Below are positions 37,248-46,597 of a stretch of DNA of 63,264 nucleotides, in pieces. The stretch's first letter is position 1. Each line of letters starts with the position of its first letter. The position numbers and the translations under genes are program-made. The stretch is from a virus. Lineage: Duplodnaviria > Caudoviricetes. The notes below the pieces were generated by a model. The model worked only from the letters and a program-made list of their open reading frames with translations. It had not been told where the DNA came from and made no database searches. Location: positions 1 through 63,264 of the IMG/VR virus record IMGVR_UViG_3300033076_000316; one strand, written 5' to 3'.

Positions 37248-39310
37248 TAATAACTTCCCATGTTAGATGTTAGCTTTTCATCTTCTAGAATTCGTTTTAC
37301 GATAGCCGCAAATTTATAAGCCTCATTCTCAGTCGCTTGACCAATGTTAAGGTTAATCTCTACTTTATGTCCAGAGTGCCCACGGCTTCCTGAGGATGCT
37401 CCGCTAAACCCTCCCATAGAAATTTCAGACGAAGGACCACCAACAGCGCTCCCCGTAATCTCTGTGGCCGCTGAAGTTGAACTCGAACTACCTACATTGG
37501 TAGCAGACCATCCCGATACAGAAGGCGAAATGCCTACTGCAGAGGAGATAGCTCCAAATACATTTGAGAAGGCTGTTCCAGCTAGAGTGGCAATACTTGC
37601 TTCAGAGCTTGTTGTGCTCGAGGTTGTGGTAGTCGCAGTTCCCTGAGGAGGGTCAATTTGAACTCCTCCAGTGAGGAAAGCATCAGGAGTTACAGACACT
37701 CCATCCTTCAGAACCTCAAAGTGAAGGTGAGGACCTGTTACGTGACCCGAGTGACCAGACTTTCCAATTACTTGACCAGCCTTAACAACATCTCCTGGGT
37801 GCACATCAGCGCTAGATGGGTCTAGGTGAGCGTAAAGTGTCTTGTACCCATTGCCGTGGTCAATAGTAACGTAATGGCCGTACGAACGCGCTCCAGAGCC
37901 AACAGAGTCGGTAGAGACCTTGCCGTCAGCCACGGCATAGATTGGGCTTCCATCAGGAACACCGTAGTCAGTACCATTGTGTCCAGCAGCACTCCACATA
38001 GGGCCTTTCTGACCTTTGTGTGCAGTAATAGGTCCATTGGCAGGAGCGTGAGTAGCATTCATTCCAGACTTGCTACCTGGGTCAGATGTGCTACCCAATC
38101 CAATTTCATTTCTAGAACCATTAACAGGCATAAGGGCACTAATACCCGCAGTTCCTAGGTCCATAATTCCAGTAAGAATTTTTCCCGCACCAGCAAGAGC
38201 CTGTGTTCCAGCAGTTACCTGCGCTGCTCCAACTGGAGTAGATGTATACGTTTGAATTTGAGCATTCAAAACACCAAAATTAGCAATAAGGTCTTTGACG
38301 TGACCATTCATTGATTGAAATAGGCCAGCGGCATCTTTCATGCCCTTTTCATATGGCGCTGACGCAGCTTCCATCTGGTCAGTCATCGTAGTATTGATGT
38401 CTAGTGTTGACTGAATAGGGTTGGAATTTCCAAGCTTGTTATTATTTCCCATAAGCTTTTTAGTTTCGGCATTGCTGGAAAGGTCCATTCCCTTACCACC
38501 AGCCTGATTAATCATGAATTGCATGAAACGCTGCTGTTGGTCTTTGTCCAAGCCCATGTTGTTCAGAGATGCACCGAGATTTCCTCGTCGGTAACTCTCC
38601 TGTAGCTCCGCCGCACTCATCTTGCTTTGACCAGCAGTCAGTACTCCAGCAATATCCTGAAAAATAGCACTTTCGGAACGAGCGTTACCCTTAGAGTCAC
38701 CCGTATAAATACCGAGAGTGTTCATCAAATTGGCAGAAGTTTGACCAGAAGTAAGACCAGTAATCGCCTGAACCGCAGTCATGTTATCTTGACCCAAGTA
38801 CTTGGCAGAGTTCGCAACGTTACGAGTAATCTGCATGTACTGGCTATTAGGGTCCTTGCTAAATGCCACACCACTGCTAGTCAAGTAGTTAGCCACGGCA
38901 GCGTCAGAGCCAGGGCTAGAAATTCCGCCCCTCATCGCATTAAAGGTCGCCTGCGAAATTCCGCTTCGACTTGTTCCTGGGGCGGTCAAGGCTGAACGAT
39001 AAAAGGCCGCGCTTCTAGAAGTTGTTGCGGTAACGTCTGGCATCGCCATAGTTCCATAGGTAACTGCAGCAGCACCTATCTGCATAGCTCCGCCAACTAT
39101 GTTACTTATTCCTCCCTTCAGGCCTCCAGCATCAGAGCCACCACTGCTAAACGAGGCCAGCGCATTATGCATAGCGTTATTGGAGCCAGAGGTACTGGCA
39201 GTAGCTGGATTAATCAGCTGACCCATTTTAGGAAGAACGTTGCTTACCTTAGTGTCTAGATTTGCAACGGCTCTAGTTATGGCATCAATCTGCGCAATCT
39301 GGTCAGCCAT
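37247..39310 (-). CDS. tape measure protein with M23 peptidase domain
   Basis: Ala/Gly-rich helical N-terminus; HNGTD, YAHL, GPHLHFE. Confidence 0.88.
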   Translation of the reverse strand: MADQIAQIDAITRAVANLDTKVSNVLPKMGQLINPATASTSGSNNAMHNALASFSSGGSDAGGLKGGISNIVGGAMQIGAAAVTYGTMAMPDVTATTSRSAAFYRSALTAPGTSRSGISQATFNAMRGGISSPGSDAAVANYLTSSGVAFSKDPNSQYMQITRNVANSAKYLGQDNMTAVQAITGLTSGQTSANLMNTLGIYTGDSKGNARSESAIFQDIAGVLTAGQSKMSAAELQESYRRGNLGASLNNMGLDKDQQQRFMQFMINQAGGKGMDLSSNAETKKLMGNNNKLGNSNPIQSTLDINTTMTDQMEAASAPYEKGMKDAAGLFQSMNGHVKDLIANFGVLNAQIQTYTSTPVGAAQVTAGTQALAGAGKILTGIMDLGTAGISALMPVNGSRNEIGLGSTSDPGSKSGMNATHAPANGPITAHKGQKGPMWSAAGHNGTDYGVPDGSPIYAVADGKVSTDSVGSGARSYGHYVTIDHGNGYKTLYAHLDPSSADVHPGDVVKAGQVIGKSGHSGHVTGPHLHFEVLKDGVSVTPDAFLTGGVQIDPPQGTATTTTSSTTSSEASIATLAGTAFSNVFGAISSAVGISPSVSGWSATNVGSSSSTSAATEITGSAVGGPSSEISMGGFSGASSGSRGHSGHKVEINLNIGQATENEAYKFAAIVKRILEDEKLTSNMGSY

Positions 39311-39437
39311 TTCGCTTCACCTTACCTCGTTCTCTAGCTATCTCTAGCCAGTTAATTCTTTCTCTAGGAGACAACTTCTTTATCTCCTTCAGAGTCCATC
39401 CTGGATAAACCTCTACCAAGTTAGACCACTGATTCAT
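39303..39437 (-). CDS. tail assembly chaperone C-terminal ORF (possible frameshift extension)
   Basis: MNQWSNLVEVYPGWTLKEIKKLSPRERINWL...; lies between chaperone and tape measure, in the +1 frame of the upstream gene. Confidence 0.7.
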   Translation of the reverse strand: MNQWSNLVEVYPGWTLKEIKKLSPRERINWLEIARERGKVKRNG

Positions 39438-39471
39438 GAGTGCGTCGAAATTTAGTACAAGTAGGTTCCTG

Positions 39472-40284
39472 TTATAGTCGAAACAAAGCTCCGAGGCTAA
39501 TCGGAACCACTACCTCTCCCTCGCAGTCAGGGCAAGAGACGTTAATAGTCTCAAACTTTGGCCCTGGGCTACGTGAACTAATAGCTTCTACGATGCTACG
39601 TCGGTCCATAACTCCAAGGTTACGCACCTGTACTGGGCTAACGACTGGACTACCATTAATCTCCAGCACAGTATTCTCCAAAAGAATTGTTGTAAGTTCT
39701 GGAGCACTCTTATCCTCGGCAGCAACCAACTCTCGTTGAGTAATGCCTGTAGGAAGAGTTACCAAAAACTCACCTTTCTTTCCTTCAACAACAAACGTAC
39801 GGTCGTTAATAGGGTCTACCAAAACCTTTGACTTGATGTCGCCATCAACCTCAATTTCGACAGTTTTGAATTCCTTGCAAGACTGGCAAAAAGTACCAAC
39901 CTCTGCAGTAGGCCCGAAAGTTGCCTTGTAGATTCCAAGAAGCAAAGCATCTCGGTCACCAGCTAGTAGGCCATCTAGTAGTCCTTCAGTTGCTTTTTGG
40001 TCACCCACCGAAACAACTGCACGGCTAAGAATCGTTGAGAAAATGCGGCCTTGGTTGGTTACCCTTCCAAGAGCCTCTTCATCTCGACCAGTTAGTTCAC
40101 GGACCTCTGCGGTCGTGATGACCTTTCCATCGGAAATAAATCCTCCAGGAAGGGTCACCACGTTGTCCGCAGGAGCCGTTAACTTTGCTGGTTCAATTGT
40201 TTTTTCTGGCTCAGACATTGCTTGTTCAACAATAGAGTTTGCAAGCTGAGCATTTGTAGACGCACTAATAGTGTTATTTGACAT
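39472..40284 (-). CDS. tail assembly chaperone / T4 gp26-like baseplate hub assembly protein
   Basis: VRELTGRDEE, GDRDALLLGI, two CxxC; lies between tube and tape measure. Confidence 0.75.
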   Translation of the reverse strand: MSNNTISASTNAQLANSIVEQAMSEPEKTIEPAKLTAPADNVVTLPGGFISDGKVITTAEVRELTGRDEEALGRVTNQGRIFSTILSRAVVSVGDQKATEGLLDGLLAGDRDALLLGIYKATFGPTAEVGTFCQSCKEFKTVEIEVDGDIKSKVLVDPINDRTFVVEGKKGEFLVTLPTGITQRELVAAEDKSAPELTTILLENTVLEINGSPVVSPVQVRNLGVMDRRSIVEAISSRSPGPKFETINVSCPDCEGEVVVPISLGALFRL

Positions 40285-40308
40285 TTTGTATTCCTTATGT
40301 AGTAGTTA

Positions 40309-40956
40309 TTAAACGGTGAAAGCTTCAGCTGAACCAGTGCTGTTGGATTCGCCAACACCAGGCAGCTTAGTTCCCCAGCTAACGTCAAATCCTTCGTGTA
40401 CAACAGTCATCTGCTCTACGAAGATAGCGTTGTCACCAGCGTTAAGGTCTGAGTAAGCGAGTGATGTAATCCACGCGTTGTAGATGTAGAATCGCTGCGC
40501 TACGTGGTCAGTGGCGCTAGAGCTGTCTTCAACACCGCCACCTGCGATAGGGTGAGAAAGAACCTTAATCTCGATGTCACAACGGAAGTTATTAGCACCG
40601 ATGTTGGTTGCCTCTGGACCACCCTGAACGGTAGCGAATAGCTTACGCATCCAGTCCCAGTTCTGACGAGTACCAAGCACAACTCCACGCTGGAATGATA
40701 CTGGGGCAAAGGTGCTCTGCCCAGGAATCTGGTGGAAGGTAGTGTTGTATCCGCCTTCACGGTAAGGGATAGAGTCAGTGGTTACTGACAATCCCGAAAC
40801 CGAAGTGAACCCAAGTGTCTTCTGAGTTGACTTAGTAGTAGTCGAACCTGGGATGTTTGTTGCGTTAGAGTCTAGCGGAATGAAGGTAACCAGAAATCGG
40901 AAATTTCTGATTGGGTCAGTAGCTAGTGATGAGCGGTTATTTTTAATAGTCGCCAT
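40309..40956 (-). CDS. tail tube protein (T4 gp19-like)
   Basis: DPIRNFRF, GF.SVSGL, YREGG, F.RG, NAW...SDLNA...E...HEG. Confidence 0.93.
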   Translation of the reverse strand: MATIKNNRSSLATDPIRNFRFLVTFIPLDSNATNIPGSTTTKSTQKTLGFTSVSGLSVTTDSIPYREGGYNTTFHQIPGQSTFAPVSFQRGVVLGTRQNWDWMRKLFATVQGGPEATNIGANNFRCDIEIKVLSHPIAGGGVEDSSSATDHVAQRFYIYNAWITSLAYSDLNAGDNAIFVEQMTVVHEGFDVSWGTKLPGVGESNSTGSAEAFTV

Positions 40957-40970
40957 GAGTGTATTCTCCT

Positions 40971-42482
40971 TTAGTTAGCAGTCTTCTGACTGAGGTTAAT
41001 GACTACAAACTCTGCAGGGTACTGAAGAGCCACACCAATTTCGATGTTAACTTCACCATTGGCAATGCTGGTAGGTGTGTTGTTTTCGGCGTCTACCTTT
41101 ACAAAGTATGCCTGAGCAGAGGTAGTTCCACGAAGACCTCCCTGGTTACGGTACTCATTTAGGAAAGCACCAGTGGCGGTACGAATACGGGTCCATAGCT
41201 CTTCGTTGTTGTTTTCAAAAACAGCGAACTGAGTAATGTCCTTTAGACGCTTTTCGATGTACAGCAAGCTACGACGCATATTTACGTACTTGTTAGCGGT
41301 ACCGTCCTGGAAAAGAGTGCGAGCACCCATAACCACAATTCCAGCACCTGGAAGATTACGAATTGCATTGACAGGAGACTGCGCACCATTTAGCGAATCT
41401 AGCTCAGCAGACGTAAACTGCTTCTCTAGGGCAAGGGCACCACGTACAGTAGCGTGTGTTCCCGCAGGAGCCTTAAATGGTCCCGTGGTCTTGTCAGTCT
41501 GGATGTAAAGACCTGCGATAGCACCAGCTGGACCAACCTTACGAAGTGACTGTGCACTACGCCCAATCGGGTCAGTAATGTAGTAGCTCGGGAAGTACAA
41601 AGCTGCATGACTCGAAACTGGACGTGATGAGGCATAGTCAAGTGCGTCCGCCACTGCTGTTCCCTGAACAGAAATAGCTGGGGCATCGAGAACTGCAAAT
41701 CCACTTCCAGCATCCGCCCAACCGATAAGCGCATCGTGAACGTTAGCGCCGTCTACAGCTCCAAGCTGAGAGAGAATCTCTGGAGCAAAGATTACTAGAG
41801 GTCGGTCAATCGAATTAAAGTCTGACAGTACATCCGAGTAGTCGCTAAAAGTTGGAGTGGTTCCGTTAGTTCCTCCAACGAGTGGAAGTACTGCTGTAGT
41901 AGGAGTGCTAGTTAGGTCGCTTACTGAAATAGTGATGTACTGAGACTGTAGATTAACAACCGTTTCAACAAAGTCACCAGAAGTACGAACATCAGTAACG
42001 ATGTCCGCATAGCGCTCCAAAATAATGTCGTCTGAGGTAGAAGGAGATGTTCCAGCCTCCTTGTAGACAGTTAGATTAAAATATCCAGAGCGTGATGCCG
42101 CGGTGAACTGAACACGGAGCTTATTGCCCTCTTCACCACGGTCCTTAGCAACTACTGTTGCCATAGTGTCAGTTCCACCAGAAGTGTGAGGAACCACGAT
42201 AGCAGCTGCGTCTGCGTCAGAGTGAAGGACTCGACGAACGTATAGTTCCGAACCACCATTCTGGAAGAACTGTCCTACACCAAAAGTTGCAGGGAATGCG
42301 TTATTGTAACCACCAAAGCGCTTGACGAAGTCATACCATGAGGTTACTAGGGTTACTGAATCTGGTCCCTGTGCAAAGTTACCAATAACGGCACCCGCAG
42401 CATTTGCGGTTCCAGTAGAGGCAATAGGCGCAGCGAGTAGGCGCTCATTAATGTAAACGCCAGGACGACTATAATCAGTCAT
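40971..42482 (-). CDS. contractile tail sheath protein
   Basis: RPGVYINE, FFQNGG, KAPAG, GART, YVNMRR, FENN, PAEFV. Confidence 0.96.
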   Translation of the reverse strand: MTDYSRPGVYINERLLAAPIASTGTANAAGAVIGNFAQGPDSVTLVTSWYDFVKRFGGYNNAFPATFGVGQFFQNGGSELYVRRVLHSDADAAAIVVPHTSGGTDTMATVVAKDRGEEGNKLRVQFTAASRSGYFNLTVYKEAGTSPSTSDDIILERYADIVTDVRTSGDFVETVVNLQSQYITISVSDLTSTPTTAVLPLVGGTNGTTPTFSDYSDVLSDFNSIDRPLVIFAPEILSQLGAVDGANVHDALIGWADAGSGFAVLDAPAISVQGTAVADALDYASSRPVSSHAALYFPSYYITDPIGRSAQSLRKVGPAGAIAGLYIQTDKTTGPFKAPAGTHATVRGALALEKQFTSAELDSLNGAQSPVNAIRNLPGAGIVVMGARTLFQDGTANKYVNMRRSLLYIEKRLKDITQFAVFENNNEELWTRIRTATGAFLNEYRNQGGLRGTTSAQAYFVKVDAENNTPTSIANGEVNIEIGVALQYPAEFVVINLSQKTAN

Positions 42483-42526
42483 CTTGTATCTCCTTTATAT
42501 AAATTGGGTTAAGAATGGGTTCCAGA

Positions 42527-43189
42527 TTATTGCGTAATAGTGAACGGTTCCACACCAGTAAAGTGTGGCTGATGGGCAGTTCCACCAACGTACTTTGACT
42601 CTAATGTGGTCATATTTACTTCGAGTACCTTGTATAGGTTTTGTAGAGTTGACTGCGCAATTTCCGAAGAAACCTGAACAGTTATTGCATTTACGAACAA
42701 GCGCTTTGCTGATTCGGTAACATCTCGCTTGGAGGTGTTAATGACATCTAGACGGCGGATGGTTCCATCCTCCAGCACTAGGCTGCCAAATCTCATAGGT
42801 AGCTTCTCGTACAGCACTTTGGCAAGAAGCTCACGGTCATGACGAGGGTGGCGCGCATAAGTAGTTACCTGGTAGACCAGCTCTACTGGAATAGGGGTGT
42901 GGAACTCCCAACCAGTGTTCTCTCCTACGCTTTCAGGAGCTAGATAGTCTAGATTAGAATCGGTATCTCTTAGTAGTCCGCGCATCTCGCGGTCAGTTGC
43001 GCGATTGATATCAATCATGTCGATTGTGATGTATGGATAGGCCTGAGATGTAATTTCTTGGTCAGGCTGACCGAAATAAACGCGAACAGGTCGAGGTGTG
43101 CCCTCACCAGTAGCTTTTTGGTCAGTTACCGTGACGCCTTCAAGCTTCTTGCGGAGAGCAGCATCTTCAAATAGTAGGAAAGCCATCAC
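42527..43189 (-). CDS. tail completion/terminator protein
   Basis: YPYITI, P.EL.YQV; immediately upstream of the sheath gene. Confidence 0.65.
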   Translation of the reverse strand: MMAFLLFEDAALRKKLEGVTVTDQKATGEGTPRPVRVYFGQPDQEITSQAYPYITIDMIDINRATDREMRGLLRDTDSNLDYLAPESVGENTGWEFHTPIPVELVYQVTTYARHPRHDRELLAKVLYEKLPMRFGSLVLEDGTIRRLDVINTSKRDVTESAKRLFVNAITVQVSSEIAQSTLQNLYKVLEVNMTTLESKYVGGTAHQPHFTGVEPFTITQ

Positions 43190-43494
43190 TTACCTCCAGC
43201 ATTTTTATTGAGTCTGTCCATAAAAATACTCGCTGCGTTACCTGGGTTCTTCCCGTACTTTCGCATAACCGCACTAGGACGCTTGTGTTCTGTCCCAAAT
43301 TCTTGCGTAAGGGCATGCTCAGCATGGTCACCTTCTGCGTGAACACTGAACTTTCCGTCAGTGTAACGAACTCGTAGAGCTGCAGCATCCTCAGGCTTCC
43401 ATCCGTGGTCGCGAGCAGACTTGCGCACATCAAATGTCATGTACGCAGCAGTCTCATGCGCTGCCTTCTGGATGGCGTTTAGGAGGTTCTTCAC
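43186..43494 (-). CDS. neck/tail-completion-region protein
   Basis: EFGT...P motif; context. Confidence 0.55.
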   Translation of the reverse strand: MKNLLNAIQKAAHETAAYMTFDVRKSARDHGWKPEDAAALRVRYTDGKFSVHAEGDHAEHALTQEFGTEHKRPSAVMRKYGKNPGNAASIFMDRLNKNAGGK

Positions 43495-43691
43495 TTCTTC
43501 TGCTTGCCTGTGTAGGATTCTGGCTTCTCAAACTTATTGTTTACGTAACCTGCGCTAATCATATTGAATAGCATCTCTTGGCGGATGTTAGGGCGAACGC
43601 CCTGAATGCCTTGCTTAAACTCTTCGCGTGCGTCAAATCGCAAGAATTCGTTAGGCTTTTCCCACCAAGGTGTAAACTTTGGAGAAGTCAT
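43491..43691 (-). CDS. hypothetical protein
   Basis: Likely start MTSPKF after an AAGGA RBS. Confidence 0.6.
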   Translation of the reverse strand: MTSPKFTPWWEKPNEFLRFDAREEFKQGIQGVRPNIRQEMLFNMISAGYVNNKFEKPESYTGKQKK

Positions 43692-43813
43692 CGCAAAATC
43701 CTTATTACAGGCGCAGGTCTGGCGTAAGCCAGGTAGATTCCGCACGGTTTCTACACCTCTAAGGATAAAGAAAAACCCAGACGATGTCTGGGCTAATCTT
43801 TGTTTGTGTAGGA

Positions 43814-44023
43814 CTACTTCTTGCCAGCTTTAATCTTCTTGGCTAGGGCGTTGTCCTTCTTGGTGTCTTCCTTCTTAGAAGGGTTCTTGGCATCCATCTT
43901 CTTGTCTGCCTTCTCGAACTTTGCCTTCTGAGCAGGAGTCATACCCTTGGTAGTCTTCTTGTCCTGCTTCTCGTCTCCCTTAGAACCAATCCAAGGTGGA
44001 GTACTCTTCTTCTTAGTTGCCAT
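43814..44023 (-). CDS. Lys-rich small protein
   Basis: ORF track; coupled. Confidence 0.7.
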   Translation of the reverse strand: MATKKKSTPPWIGSKGDEKQDKKTTKGMTPAQKAKFEKADKKMDAKNPSKKEDTKKDNALAKKIKAGKK

Positions 44024-44079
44024 TAGTTGCTCTTCTTTCCGCAGTTACAGTTCTCGCACTTGCACTCTGGCTTAGCCAT
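44023..44079 (-). CDS. 18-aa metallothionein-like peptide MAKPECKCENCNCGKKSN
   Basis: TAATG overlaps at both start and stop; CxCxxCxC. Confidence 0.6.
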   Translation of the reverse strand: MAKPECKCENCNCGKKSN

Positions 44080-44315
44080 TAGTTAACCGTCGCTTTCTTT
44101 GATTTGTTTTCACCGAGGTGTCGCTCGGCTGTCTTAGCAATAAGAAGCTTAGCCTCAATCTCTGCCTTCTGCTTCTCTAAATTTTGGCGGCTAGCCTTTG
44201 CCGCAGCTGGACGTGCCATCTTCTTTAGTCCTTCACCTGGTTGTAGAAATTCTGGGTGATTCTCACGCTGCATGGCTTGGTCGTGCCAAGCCCATTTAGT
44301 GTTAGGTACACGCAT
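44079..44315 (-). CDS. hypothetical protein
   Basis: ORF track; TAATG coupling. Confidence 0.7.
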   Translation of the reverse strand: MRVPNTKWAWHDQAMQRENHPEFLQPGEGLKKMARPAAAKASRQNLEKQKAEIEAKLLIAKTAERHLGENKSKKATVN

Positions 44316-44620
44316 TACTTCTGGTTCTCTTTCTTACCTGCACGGCGTTTGTTCTCTTTAGCAGTATTCTTGCTACGAGAGATAACCCTAAGGTTACTCG
44401 CCTTGTCATTACTGTGGTTGTTATCCTTGTGGTCCACAGTCTTATCTTTGTCTTTAATCTTGCCGTGCTTGGCCTCATAGTCAGCACGAGCCTTATTGGT
44501 AGAGGTAGTCTTCCAAGTGCCGTCAGCCTGCTTGGTACGAGTTACCTTGATAGGGCGTCCACCATTTTGCTTGGAGCCCTTTTCGGTATAAGTGTGCTTA
44601 GTTCCAGCTTTAACTGTCAT
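44315..44620 (-). CDS. HNH endonuclease-like protein
   Basis: VDHKDNNHSNDKASNLRVISRSKN. Confidence 0.75.
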   Translation of the reverse strand: MTVKAGTKHTYTEKGSKQNGGRPIKVTRTKQADGTWKTTSTNKARADYEAKHGKIKDKDKTVDHKDNNHSNDKASNLRVISRSKNTAKENKRRAGKKENQK

Positions 44621-44931
44621 TTCTTTTTCTTCTTTGCGTCTAGTCGCTTAGAGATAGCGGCAGCCTTCTTCTTAGCGTCAGCCTTAGACGAAGCACCCCA
44701 TGCCTCTAGGGAGAGTAGTAGGCGAGTAGGCTCTCCGTTAGGCTTACGCTCAGGTCCAGGAGAACCTCCCATGCGTGCAAGGAAAGAGGCACGACGAGGG
44801 TTGTCCCCAGACTTTACTGGAGCTTTTAGGTCAGAGCCAGGGTGAGACTTTTCATAAGACTTACGGCCCTTCTCATTAAGGCCGCCCTTCTTTGCTTTAC
44901 CTTCTTTACGCTGCCACGCTTCACTTGCCAT
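44617..44931 (-). CDS. basic phage protein (DUF6321-like)
   Basis: AWQRKEGK..KGGLNEKGRKSY...RRASFLARMGG...W; family name from memory. Confidence 0.65.
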   Translation of the reverse strand: MASEAWQRKEGKAKKGGLNEKGRKSYEKSHPGSDLKAPVKSGDNPRRASFLARMGGSPGPERKPNGEPTRLLLSLEAWGASSKADAKKKAAAISKRLDAKKKKK

Positions 44932-45022
44932 TTTGCTTCTCCTCTTCTTCTGACCATCTTTTTGCGATGTCTGGGTGCTTAGCCCATAGAAATTTAAACT
45001 GAGCTACTGATTTAAACGGCAC
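44921..45022 (-). CDS. 33-aa micro-protein MPFKSVAQFKFLWAKHPDIAKRW...
   Basis: GTG start overlapping the upstream stop; end overlaps the next start. Confidence 0.6.
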   Translation of the reverse strand: MPFKSVAQFKFLWAKHPDIAKRWSEEEEKQNGK

Positions 45023-45584
45023 GAGGGTCCGCCTTTACTGGAGACGCGTACCGCTGAAACTGAGGGTCATTAACAAGTTCCTCAGGGTTAATCTGGTTGC
45101 AGTCAATAGTTACTACAGAGTAGTTATACGAGAACTGTCCTCGTGGAAGAACTCGAGTAGGAACAAATAGCTCTCCACGATAAAGGACACGGTCTTTGAT
45201 ATGTATGTTTGAGTCTGTAATAAGAGCAGGAAGTAGGCGTTCAACATCGCCTGCGTTTACTACTAGGCGCAAAGTATCGGTGGTGTAAAAACCACGTTCG
45301 TTCATGATGTTTGTACCACGAAGCTGCTGAGCCATTAGTACAGGAAGCTTGAACGGCAGCATCCAACGACGTCCCTTTCCAGAAACGCTGGAGGACACAT
45401 CGTAAATCTCATCTACGATATCCGTGTAGTTTTCGTCTAGGTAATAGTCCTGCCAGCGAAACCAGTCAACGTCAACGCCTACAGTGCCGCCAAGCTCCTC
45501 AGCCATGCCTTCGTACATTGACTTAGCTTCGTAGTCAATGCCAAACCTAGAGTTACGGTCTGTGCCTTCACGGCCTCCACGCAT
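45012..45584 (-). CDS. neck/head-closure protein
   Basis: DEIYD, ERGFYTTDTL, KDRVLYRGELF; position upstream of tail completion genes. Confidence 0.6.
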   Translation of the reverse strand: MRGGREGTDRNSRFGIDYEAKSMYEGMAEELGGTVGVDVDWFRWQDYYLDENYTDIVDEIYDVSSSVSGKGRRWMLPFKLPVLMAQQLRGTNIMNERGFYTTDTLRLVVNAGDVERLLPALITDSNIHIKDRVLYRGELFVPTRVLPRGQFSYNYSVVTIDCNQINPEELVNDPQFQRYASPVKADPRAV

Positions 45585-45607
45585 ACTACTGCCTTTCGTC
45601 TATCTAC

Positions 45608-45618
45608 CTATTTTGACG
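45608..45618 (-). promoter_or_regulatory. conserved intergenic motif CGTCAAAATAG
   Basis: Identical to 31422-31432. Confidence 0.45.
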
Positions 45619-45640
45619 CATTAGAAGAGTAAATACCTGC

Positions 45641-46597
45641 TTAGTAATGCTTAGGAATGTAGTTCTCTTTTATGACGCCGTAGCGCATGCTGGTGCCACA
45701 ATACTGCTCATAATCTTTTACTCGGTCATAGTTTTCAGGGTTTAAAACAAATCCTTTCCAGTTAGTCCAAATCTTGTGCTTTAAAAGGGTGTTCTGTAGC
45801 GGGCTTGCATACGATGATGAGCTGCGTCTAAAGCCAGGACCTATAGTTGGCACAGGTGTTGAGTACAGGTGGTAAACGATTGAGTGCTTTAGTATAGGAA
45901 ACACTAGAGCAAACCCTGCGCTTCTTAAAAGAATTGATTGCAGAGGTTCTTCTTCAAAGAAGCCTGCAGGTTCAAACACTCCAGTGTTATTCGCAAACTC
46001 TTTGTCCCCAAAAGCAAAGTTGGCATTGAACTTTGTGGCAGGAATAAACCCTTTGCCTTCTATAGGGGTGTCTTTCCAAGAAGGAATGAACTCAGAAAGC
46101 CAACGCTGACTTGTATAGAACGGGTACCTGGATGACTCATCCCCAGGTACAGGCATTCTAATCTCGCCATTAGCAAAGCCGTAGCGTCCAGCGTATGCAG
46201 TGAGAACTAGCTTATCTAACTTAAGCTGACGCTTAGCTTTCTTAAATAGCTTAATTAACTTCTCATCCCAGTCTTTATCGACGTAGGTATGGGAGTCACA
46301 CTGCAGCATGTAGTCTTCATCTCGATACATATCAGAAGCTTGTTTTCGACCATAACCTACGCCTAGCTTCTCAGGGACATTATCGTAAGTTATTTTGTCA
46401 AACTTAAAGCGTATTTGTGACGAGTACTTTTTAGTGTGCTTTTTAAAAGCTTTCAAAAGCCTTGTACTGTCATCAAGAAGCGATACGCCAACCACAATTC
46501 TTTCAGGAAATGCAGCGTTCTCGAATAGGCCTATAACTGTAGGAATAAGCTCGGTGTCGTACAAGGACGGGATAGACACATAGATACTAGGCTTCAT
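45641..46597 (-). CDS. GT60-like (Skp1-type) protein GlcNAc-transferase
   Basis: IYVSIPSLYD.EL..T...LFENA.FPERI.VG, G.GYGR, YMLQCDSH...DWD, F..EE, YHLY. Confidence 0.8.
   Translation of the reverse strand: MKPSIYVSIPSLYDTELIPTVIGLFENAAFPERIVVGVSLLDDSTRLLKAFKKHTKKYSSQIRFKFDKITYDNVPEKLGVGYGRKQASDMYRDEDYMLQCDSHTYVDKDWDEKLIKLFKKAKRQLKLDKLVLTAYAGRYGFANGEIRMPVPGDESSRYPFYTSQRWLSEFIPSWKDTPIEGKGFIPATKFNANFAFGDKEFANNTGVFEPAGFFEEEPLQSILLRSAGFALVFPILKHSIVYHLYSTPVPTIGPGFRRSSSSYASPLQNTLLKHKIWTNWKGFVLNPENYDRVKDYEQYCGTSMRYGVIKENYIPKHY

Noticed and set aside
28755-42482. Bacterial eCIS/tailocin locus rather than phage
   Set aside because: Capsid, neck and a full replication module are contiguous on the same strand.
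44315-44620. HNH gene as a mobile homing endonuclease
   Set aside because: Very short, no separate DNA-binding domain, interrupts no gene and is translationally coupled within the operon.
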